32,000 bases of DNA from Candidatus Hermodarchaeota archaeon. GTDB lineage: Archaea > Asgardarchaeota > Heimdallarchaeia > Hodarchaeales > Hodarchaeaceae. The DNA is taken from positions 200,458 through 232,457 of the forward strand of contig JBHLKY010000005.1 in NCBI GenBank assembly GCA_048886185.1. Reading direction: 5' to 3'. This document shows, in pieces, positions 8,131 through 15,846 of the stretch (the stretch's first letter is position 1; each line of letters starts with the position of its first letter). The translations under genes were made by a program, and so were the position numbers. The notes under the pieces are model-generated. The model had not been told where the DNA came from. It saw only the letters and a program-made list of their open reading frames with translations, and made no database searches.

Positions 8131-9588
8131 TTAAAATCCAAATCCACCAAATAAGCTTCGTGATAAGTAATCTGACCTGCTTAAGGCAACTAGAATTCGA
8201 TCATTATCATCTAAAGGGATTTTTATACCTTGAATATCCAGGGTATTCGTAATTTTAATCCCTTGAAAAGTAGAAACAATATTGTCTTTCTCTTGATAAG
8301 TGAGCTTATAATCCACAGATAATATTCCTTGAACCTCTGTTCCGCGGGAAATGCCATATTTTCTACCCCGTTGATCAGTGATTGTCCTAGATTTATTCAA
8401 TTGTACTACTGCATATATCTTTCCCTGCTGTCTTAGCTCTTCAATTTGTCTTGTCGTAAATTCAACTTCTAATTCATCCTGCTCAAAGTCAGTTCTAATT
8501 TTGGGAAGTTTTTGAATTTTAATCCCTAGAATGTCTTGATATTTTTCAGTTTCAACTATCCAGCGAGTAATACTATCTTGTAATGACTCCTCTTTGGTTT
8601 CACGAACGAAGCGGGCATTAACACCATAATAAACAGCCCTTTCCATATTAATTCGATGATTGGGATCAGGAATAATTTTATTTGCTGTGTACAAGTGAAT
8701 TGCATGCATCGCTGAGACACAACACAAGTAAATTAAATCTAAGAGATATTCAACATCCTGTTGAACATCAAAAATACGCACTTCAACTCGATTTGTCATA
8801 AGAGAGGAGTCCTCATCCTCACCTATATTTGTCAATGGCCCTCTAGGTGTAATATCAACAAGTCTATCACCTCTAGGATTAGTTATTACCTTCTTCACAG
8901 TTTCTCCCGCTAAGCGTAATGTATATCGCATCTGTCCGTAGTATTGCATGGGAACTAATGCTGCAGCAGTTCTGGGAATTTGAATTTGTGAAAATCCATT
9001 TTCTTTTAAAACAGTTGAATTAGAGATTCGATTACTCGCAATATTTGTCCGAGTTCCTTGAAATATTGGAGAATTTGCTGATAATGCAATTAATTCTGGA
9101 AGATAATTCCATAGATAGTCATGTACTGTAGCTAACTCATCTACATTCATGAATCCTCCAATTCTTTGCACTGACACGTTAATATGTGTTCCACACATAG
9201 GATTGGGATCACTTTGAATTGGATGGATACTTTGAGAGAATATTTTGTATCCTAGCTGACTGGCAGCATCAGAAAGAAGTTTTCGGCCAGCATATACAGC
9301 CTCAGCAACATCCTTAGGGGGAAGGGGCAAGGTGACGTATTCGATTTGAGTAGGGGATGGTTCAGCATCTAATCCCCGAATTTTTAGTTGCAGAAAATTT
9401 AATCGTTTTGAATCCCGTTCTAGAATCTCTGCAGCACGTACCATCAATTCGTCCGCAGCATCCACTAAAGTGCCTTCTTTTGTAATAATCAAAAACTCTT
9501 CTTCAATACCACAGAGAACTTGATAATTTTTCCAAGGATCAGGATCCAAATCAGGATCTATTTTCTTCGATTTTCGATGTAAAAACAT
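8131..9588 (-). CDS. GCS2/YbdK-family carboxylate-amine (gamma-glutamyl) ligase with C-terminal extension
   Basis: GIEEEF, EPSPTQIEYVT, SIHP, GTHINVS, LIALSANSPIFQG, ASNR, VDITPR, RVEVRIFDVQ, MERAVYYG. ATG 9588 preferred over TTG 9594. Confidence 0.85.
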   Translation of the reverse strand: MFLHRKSKKIDPDLDPDPWKNYQVLCGIEEEFLIITKEGTLVDAADELMVRAAEILERDSKRLNFLQLKIRGLDAEPSPTQIEYVTLPLPPKDVAEAVYAGRKLLSDAASQLGYKIFSQSIHPIQSDPNPMCGTHINVSVQRIGGFMNVDELATVHDYLWNYLPELIALSANSPIFQGTRTNIASNRISNSTVLKENGFSQIQIPRTAAALVPMQYYGQMRYTLRLAGETVKKVITNPRGDRLVDITPRGPLTNIGEDEDSSLMTNRVEVRIFDVQQDVEYLLDLIYLCCVSAMHAIHLYTANKIIPDPNHRINMERAVYYGVNARFVRETKEESLQDSITRWIVETEKYQDILGIKIQKLPKIRTDFEQDELEVEFTTRQIEELRQQGKIYAVVQLNKSRTITDQRGRKYGISRGTEVQGILSVDYKLTYQEKDNIVSTFQGIKITNTLDIQGIKIPLDDNDRILVALSRSDYLSRSLFGGFGF

Positions 9589-9854
9589 AATCAATCACAG
9601 ATACTTCTAATACACAAAATAAGAGATTTTATTTTTTCCTCTAAATTTAAGCTTGATTGGTAATTATTCATAAATTTTTATACTAAGGGCTTTATTAAAT
9701 TGAATCAAGAGTACATTTATTCTACACTATTTATTTGTCTCCTATTGCCATTGAATGATTCTTTTTCTTTAATTGATAATAATTTATTTGGTCAGCCTTT
9801 TATAGAGCGATCATTTTTTCCAAGTAGATACTATGAAGACAATTTTATTGATAG

Positions 9855-11738
9855 TTGATGATTATGAAGCAGAATAGAAAAGGATTAATCGTACTGATAA
9901 TCTCATTATTAGTACTTTCACTTCTAAATTTTTCCTCAATAACAGCCCCATTTTTTGGTCCCTATGATGTCAATCCAGACTATTATACTACTAACGTGGA
10001 TTCTGGTGATTCACGAACGTATATATTTGATAGAATACGATTTCAGGATCATATGAGCGAATTTGAGGAACGAGAGATGATGGTCATGATACCTTTCGAA
10101 GGAGAGGACATTGACATTAGTGTTTCTGAAGGTAGCAAAGTAACTATTGCAGTTATCAATGTTAATGACACTCACATTGAATCCCAGTGGGTATGGTCTC
10201 TTATCAATGGTAGCGTTTTCAATTGCGATCCAATATATTTCGATAAATCTTCCCTTCTAATCGATGACCATCAAGGATATGGTCCTAGGATGGTTTTTAC
10301 CACCAATGTTTCTTTGATTGAAGAAGTGTATAGTAGCACATCTTGGAATTATGAGATCAACATGGACCGAGTACGGATTTTCAATGAATCATGGGAAGAT
10401 CCTTATAGCTCCCGAGAAGAATATGAATATGACCTGTCAACAGGATTTCTAACAAATCTGCGGATTTCATTTGAAGGTCCTGATTCTCGAATGGAAATTG
10501 AAATACGTGAGACTGAAACATGGAATCCTGATTGGTTTGAACTTGGTGTAAATGTTGGTGATACTAATACATACGTCCTCAGTAAGATGACTTGGTATGA
10601 TGGATATGATGGTACTTACCATCATGACACCTATTTCCTTGTTGTTGTTGATGGAAATCCAATATTTTTACTTCTTCATCAAGGAGACGAGATAGTCGCC
10701 GAAGTAATTAATACAGCTGGTGATTTCGTCGAATTACAGTTAACTTTCAAACAACTCAAAGAGGACAAAGTAACTATTGATGAAAATCCCTATAGGATTG
10801 ATAAAAGCACATTTTATGCTCCTAGAGATCTCGGAGCACCATTACTAATGACTACTAATCGAACAACTTGGGAATATGCTGCTCCCGGTGATGTTGTATT
10901 AGGGGAAGATGTAGTAAAGTTTCATAATGAAAACACTTCTTCAGATGGTCAATGGTTCGATATGATGGAAGGCGCGTGGAATCTCACGACTGGGTGGTTA
11001 CAACGCTTTTACACTGTGAAGATTGAAGACCCAGAAGGCGACAAAATAATTCAACACGAAATGGAAATATTGGATGTTGATTTAATTAAACCAGAAGGAC
11101 CAGCAGAATTTATAAGTGTTTCCACAGGGGATTCTATAACTTATGAGTTTAAAGAGATCCAAACAGCTGATAACGATAAAATAAATATGACATTTCCCGA
11201 TCAACAGATCTGGATTCAAGCTGGTGATACAATGACCGTAAAAATCAAAGGTGTCCAGGGTTCTTTTGTTACAGTTGAATTGACAATTGATTCAGCAATA
11301 GATGGAGAGGTAGTGGTTGATCCAATTACTTTTGATATCACAAAATTTGACGAAGGACCACAATTCCTTCTACCTACTGAAAAACAGATGATAGAAGATT
11401 TTTTCAAAGACACACCAGATGTTGAATTAATTTTCGATGATACTAAAAGTGCTACTATCACAACCAAATTTACGAACGGTGATAGGGAATATCATCAAAA
11501 ACGTGTTTTTGATCTTGAAACAGGATGGCTCATCGAATACAATCAAACCGTTTTCGAAAAAGGGGATCTTGTTGAAAAAGTCTATGCTATTTCTACTGAC
11601 ATTTCCATTGACACATCAGAACCAGAGGCAACAGGAACAGGCCCAGAAGATATCGTAGAGCTTACTCCAATTCCACTCTTCCCAGTGATTCTTTCCCTGA
11701 TAATAGTTGTGGGGTTACTTCGGAAGAAGAATGGGTAA
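9855..11738 (+). CDS. Exported acidic surface protein with three tandem ~185-aa repeats and C-terminal TM anchor
   Basis: Signal peptide KQNRKGLIVLIISLLVLSLL; repeats begin GDSRTY, GDTNTY, GDSITY; ends TPIPLFPVILSLIIVVGLLRKKNG. Alternative ATGs at 9858 and 9864. Confidence 0.85.
   Translation: MMIMKQNRKGLIVLIISLLVLSLLNFSSITAPFFGPYDVNPDYYTTNVDSGDSRTYIFDRIRFQDHMSEFEEREMMVMIPFEGEDIDISVSEGSKVTIAVINVNDTHIESQWVWSLINGSVFNCDPIYFDKSSLLIDDHQGYGPRMVFTTNVSLIEEVYSSTSWNYEINMDRVRIFNESWEDPYSSREEYEYDLSTGFLTNLRISFEGPDSRMEIEIRETETWNPDWFELGVNVGDTNTYVLSKMTWYDGYDGTYHHDTYFLVVVDGNPIFLLLHQGDEIVAEVINTAGDFVELQLTFKQLKEDKVTIDENPYRIDKSTFYAPRDLGAPLLMTTNRTTWEYAAPGDVVLGEDVVKFHNENTSSDGQWFDMMEGAWNLTTGWLQRFYTVKIEDPEGDKIIQHEMEILDVDLIKPEGPAEFISVSTGDSITYEFKEIQTADNDKINMTFPDQQIWIQAGDTMTVKIKGVQGSFVTVELTIDSAIDGEVVVDPITFDITKFDEGPQFLLPTEKQMIEDFFKDTPDVELIFDDTKSATITTKFTNGDREYHQKRVFDLETGWLIEYNQTVFEKGDLVEKVYAISTDISIDTSEPEATGTGPEDIVELTPIPLFPVILSLIIVVGLLRKKNG
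10005..11550 (+). repeat. Three protein-level tandem domain repeats within the 9855 CDS
   Basis: GDxxTY at aa 51, 235, 425 (nt 10005, 10557, 11127); TG[FW]L with Gly at aa 197, 380, 557. DNA identity is low, so the duplication is old. Confidence 0.8.
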
Positions 11739-11741
11739 CTT

Positions 11742-11768
11742 AATTCCTTTTCCCCTTTTTTTTTAATT
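11742..11768 (+). terminator. Pyrimidine/oligo-T tract between convergent genes (archaeal-type terminator candidate)
   Basis: AATTCCTTTTCCCCTTTTTTTTTAATT directly after stop 11738. Confidence 0.5.
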
Positions 11769-11788
11769 TCTGTTATACCTTATGAGGA

Positions 11789-13534
11789 CTAACTATTTAT
11801 TGATTTCTTTCTGCCTGCCTTCTTCCATTCCAGATCTCTCAATTCACGATGAAGAACCTTACCAATAGCACTTTTGGGCAATTCATCAATGAACTCAACA
11901 TGTCGTGGTATCTTATATCTAGCAATTCGTCCCTTACAGAATTCGATCAACTCCTCTTCAGACGCAGTCTCATCATCTCGTAATACAACAAAAGCCTTAA
12001 CAGTTTCCCCTCGAATTGGATGGGGAACACCAACCACAGCCACTTCTTGAACAGCAGGGTGCTCGATAAGTTCCTCTTCAACTTCCCGTGGGTACACTTT
12101 AAGACCACTGACATCTATCATATCCTTCTTCCGACCAGTGATGAAAAAGAATCCATCTTCATCAATGTAACCAATATCACCAGTTAAGAAGTAACTGTCA
12201 CTATTATACGCGTTTTTAGTTTCTTCTATTTTGTTCCAGTAACCTTTCATCACTTGAGGACCTCGAATACCGATTTCGCCTTCCTCACCTTGAGGGAGCT
12301 CTGTATCTTGACCCCCTTCTTTAGGATCGAAGATTTTTACCTCAGTATCGGCAATTGGAAGACCTATACTACCTGGGCGTTTCAATCCAGGGACTAAAGG
12401 ATTCACATGTGTAACAGGACTTGTTTCAGTCAATCCGTACCCCTCTACTACATTGGCTCCTGTTAACTCTTCAAAATTATACATTACCTGTTCAGGTAAG
12501 GGAGCAGCTCCAGAAAGACAAGCCCGAATCGAAGTTAAATCATAATCTTTAATATCCTTATGAAAAAGAAGACCCACATACATTGAGGGAACTGCATGAA
12601 AGAAAGTTGGTTTATATTTATAAAGAGTTTCAAGTAAATCCTGCAGCATTGGTCTCCCAGCAAGTGGGTCTGTTATCAGAACCATCGGAGAGGCAGCGTT
12701 AATAGCTGCTAACATAATACAGTTCAAGGCAAATATGTGGAATAAAGGTAAAGCACAGATAAAGCATTCCCCCCCTTGAACGACTGGTGGATACATTACA
12801 TTTGTTAGCTGTAGCTGGTTACTCACGATATTATAATGGGTAAGCATTGCTCCTTTACTTACTCCTGTTGTCCCACCAGTATATTGTATGAGGGCTAAAT
12901 CCTCCTTAGGGTCAATGTGAACCTCTGGAACTTCCTTAGGATTACCTTCAGCAACCATCTTTTTAAATGACAAGTCTTCTGTATGAATTCTTTTTCCAAG
13001 AGGAACCTTTCCGAAAAGAGTTCCAAACAACCGTTTGGAGAAAGTCATTTCCTCTCTAAGAGAAGTTACAATTATATGATCTAAATTAACTTTCTTCTTG
13101 TCGCGAAGCCTTCTAACCCGCTTATAGACTATATCCACGCATATAATGATTCGTGCTCCTGAATCATTGGTTTGATACTCCAGTTCATGGTCAACGTATT
13201 GTGTATTAAATGGTACAATCATAGCTCCTAAGCGATTGATAGCAAAAAAGGAAATAACAAACTGTGGACAGTTAGGGAGATAAATTCCTATTCGATCTCC
13301 CTTCTTTACCCCCAATTTATGCAGAGAATGTGCGAACCGTAATACTCTGTCCCAGAGCTCTCCGTATTTCATTTTTTTGTCAAAAAAGATGGTTGCCACA
13401 TTGTTAGGTGATAATTCTGCAGCTTCCTCTAAAAATTTATAGATTGGATAGTCATCAGGATACTCCATGGTACGTGGAATCTCTTCTGGCCAACTTTTAA
13501 GCCAAGGTTTATCCAGTAATTTAGTCTGTTCCAT
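11789..13534 (-). CDS. fadD: Long-chain fatty-acid--CoA ligase (FadD-like ANL adenylate-forming enzyme)
   Basis: KPWLKSWP start, QYTGGTTGVSKG P-loop, EGYGLTETSP, TGDIG, GRKKDMIDVSGLKVYPREVE, catalytic Lys in KSAIGKV. Confidence 0.9.
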   Translation of the reverse strand: MEQTKLLDKPWLKSWPEEIPRTMEYPDDYPIYKFLEEAAELSPNNVATIFFDKKMKYGELWDRVLRFAHSLHKLGVKKGDRIGIYLPNCPQFVISFFAINRLGAMIVPFNTQYVDHELEYQTNDSGARIIICVDIVYKRVRRLRDKKKVNLDHIIVTSLREEMTFSKRLFGTLFGKVPLGKRIHTEDLSFKKMVAEGNPKEVPEVHIDPKEDLALIQYTGGTTGVSKGAMLTHYNIVSNQLQLTNVMYPPVVQGGECFICALPLFHIFALNCIMLAAINAASPMVLITDPLAGRPMLQDLLETLYKYKPTFFHAVPSMYVGLLFHKDIKDYDLTSIRACLSGAAPLPEQVMYNFEELTGANVVEGYGLTETSPVTHVNPLVPGLKRPGSIGLPIADTEVKIFDPKEGGQDTELPQGEEGEIGIRGPQVMKGYWNKIEETKNAYNSDSYFLTGDIGYIDEDGFFFITGRKKDMIDVSGLKVYPREVEEELIEHPAVQEVAVVGVPHPIRGETVKAFVVLRDDETASEEELIEFCKGRIARYKIPRHVEFIDELPKSAIGKVLHRELRDLEWKKAGRKKSINS

Positions 13535-13960
13535 ACTGTTTTTTCCGCCTAATTAATTATTGGATAGAATTCTTCTATATTGAAATGATCAATTTAAATA
13601 CTTAATATACATTTCTTAAAGCTAATTAGAAGTCATACTTAATTTTAGATGTATTCGTCCTATTAGATATTAGTATCACTTTTGATTGACACCTTGTATT
13701 TAACTTTTATCACTCATAGTTTCACCAAGTCACCAATTTATCGCTATATCCGACAACTTTAACCTAGCTAAAGTTAAACGCCCTCTTGCTAAGAAATAAT
13801 TGTGTATAAAGGAACTCCGCTAGAATTGAAACATTCTGATCACTTTCTTACAACGGAAGATTTATAATAATTATCACAACATTAAATGGAAGTGTGGGCA
13901 ACAAATATCTTTTTTGTTCCTATCAAAAAAATAGAGTAATGAGTTGCATCCAAGAGAAAA

Positions 13961-15658
13961 GTGAACAAAATGTTAAGAAAAAAACCCTTGTTATTTATCT
14001 TAGTTATTTTAACCCTATTTTCAGTTTACTCGGTGAGTATAGGGGTAGCGACTCCTAATCAGCGGCCAAAAATTAAGATTGGCGCCTTAGGACCTTTAGC
14101 AATCACACCAGGTAACGATATGAAAAATGGGGTCGAAATGGCTGTGGATGAAATAAATTCTGGAGATGGAGTAAATGTTGGTGGAGTCATATACGACTTT
14201 GAATTAATCACTCGAACAACCTCAGGGGATCTTGGAATTCCAGATCCATCTGTTGGTGTTGCATCTGCCGTCCAACTGATAGATAGCGACAATGTGACTG
14301 CAATTATTGGGGGATTTCGCACAGAAGTGGTTCTCGGAGTCCAAATGTCAACATCAGTTTCGTTAGACAGACCCTTTTTAGGTATTGGAGCCAGTGCTCC
14401 CATCGTGTCGCCTCACTTTTGGAGAATTGGCCCTAGTAACGTCAGCGGTCTTGCACGTAATGTTATTGATTTCTATGCTTATGGTTTAATACCAGATGAA
14501 GGTGTCAGAAACATTACAATTATTCGTGAAAGTGCAGCATGGACTTTGGCGATGGCTCTCGGTATTAAACAAGCTTGTATTGGATTAGCCGCTGCAGGTT
14601 TTTATGGCGCAGGTGTTACTGTCAACTTCACTGATGACATAATAATCCCAGTTGATTATCAACAAGATGAAGTTACAAATGCTTTTTCTGTGCTTACTGG
14701 AGATACTTATCAAGGATTGGAGCTAAATGCCCTGTGTACCATCTTCTCAGGACCCGTTGGTGGATATGTCCCAGTTGCATGGGCTGCTCATGATTTACCT
14801 ATGTTTCTAGCTGGTATAAATGTCGAATCTCAAGTTAGCACCTTCTTTGATGAAACTGAAGGAGCTTGCTATGGTGAAATCGAACTTGAAACATGTCCAC
14901 CTGATGTTGAACCAAATGAAAATACCGCTCCCTTCAGAGCTAAATATTTCTCCCTCTATGACGAACAGCCAACATATACAGCCTTTGCTTCCTATGATGC
15001 AGTATATGTACTAAAAGCTGCCATTGAAGCTGCTAATTCCCTCAATTATGCTGATATCGAAACAGCTTTGGCTAATATCGAAGTTCAAGGAACAGCGTAT
15101 ACAATTAAGTTCACAAGCGAACCTGGTCCTCATTGGACTGTAGCGGAAAACACAACTACAGGTTTACCATATTACGTTCCCATTCTTACAAGTGCAGAAT
15201 ATCCTGAAGGAGTTCCTATTGGAACATTCTTGGTCCATGACCTTTACACTAATGCATCCTATGGAATGAGCGGACGACCATATAACGTTGGTTATTGGGC
15301 TCAATGGCAACAAGGCGGTATTAAGAAAACTATTTGGCATGATCCAACAAAGGATGCTCCAGGTTATCTAGATGTATATAGTCCTATGGATAATCAGAGA
15401 AATCTCACTGCTGGTAACCTTGTATGGCCGATTAATCACGCGGAGCATGGATGGGAACCCGAGCCTGAGCCGACCACTGAAGTAACAACAGGAGTTACAG
15501 AGACAATAACAACAGAGGGCACAGAGACAACAGAAGAGGAAACAACAACATCCGAGGAACCAGTTGTAGAAGTTCCAGGATTTGATTTACAGATTGCTTT
15601 GTTTGTAATGTGCTCTGTAGCAGTGATATTCTACAAACAGAAACAAAAGAAACGCTAA
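13961..15658 (+). CDS. Liv-family (type 1 periplasmic-binding fold) ABC substrate-binding protein with Thr/Glu-rich linker and PGF-type C-terminal anchor
   Basis: Signal peptide; IKIGALGPL, GVEMAVDEIN, YTAFASYDAVYVLKAAIEAA; linker EPEPEPTTEVTTGVTET; VPGF plus TM plus KQKQKKR. Alternative ATG 13970. Confidence 0.88.
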   Translation: MNKMLRKKPLLFILVILTLFSVYSVSIGVATPNQRPKIKIGALGPLAITPGNDMKNGVEMAVDEINSGDGVNVGGVIYDFELITRTTSGDLGIPDPSVGVASAVQLIDSDNVTAIIGGFRTEVVLGVQMSTSVSLDRPFLGIGASAPIVSPHFWRIGPSNVSGLARNVIDFYAYGLIPDEGVRNITIIRESAAWTLAMALGIKQACIGLAAAGFYGAGVTVNFTDDIIIPVDYQQDEVTNAFSVLTGDTYQGLELNALCTIFSGPVGGYVPVAWAAHDLPMFLAGINVESQVSTFFDETEGACYGEIELETCPPDVEPNENTAPFRAKYFSLYDEQPTYTAFASYDAVYVLKAAIEAANSLNYADIETALANIEVQGTAYTIKFTSEPGPHWTVAENTTTGLPYYVPILTSAEYPEGVPIGTFLVHDLYTNASYGMSGRPYNVGYWAQWQQGGIKKTIWHDPTKDAPGYLDVYSPMDNQRNLTAGNLVWPINHAEHGWEPEPEPTTEVTTGVTETITTEGTETTEEETTTSEEPVVEVPGFDLQIALFVMCSVAVIFYKQKQKKR

Positions 15659-15698
15659 TTTTTGGCGTTTCCCCTTTTTTTATTTTTTACTTTTTTTA
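15649..15698 (+). terminator. Hairpin plus long T tracts after the binding-protein gene
   Basis: GAAACGC (15649-15655) pairs with GCGTTTC (15665-15671), 9-nt loop, followed by CCCTTTTTTTATTTTTTACTTTTTTT. Confidence 0.55.
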
Positions 15699-15846
15699 TC
15701 AATAAGAGGAATATCCGCTTAATCAACGTAAATCTATGTAGAAAATTTGATAAACACCATTAAAAGTGTTAAGCTACCTTCATAATCTTCACTATATCCA
15801 CGAACTTAGTTATCTAATGTTAAAGGAATAAAAAAGGAGAGTACTT

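Noticed and set aside
6800-9594. Ergothioneine (egtA/egtC) or glutathione biosynthesis reading of the operon
   Set aside because: No egtB, egtD or gshB in the window, a cyclotransferase sits between the genes, and the ligase is remodelled. Not fully excluded because partners could lie elsewhere.
13535-13960. Riboswitch or ncRNA in the fadD-livK gap; 7-bp inverted repeat AACTTTA/TAAAGTT near 13751-13771
   Set aside because: AT-rich, no recognised RNA motif; a short repeat is expected by chance; gap best explained as divergent promoters.
15464-15560. ACA/GAG-rich repetitive DNA
   Set aside because: Encodes the Thr/Glu-rich linker of the binding protein; not a CRISPR or VNTR array.
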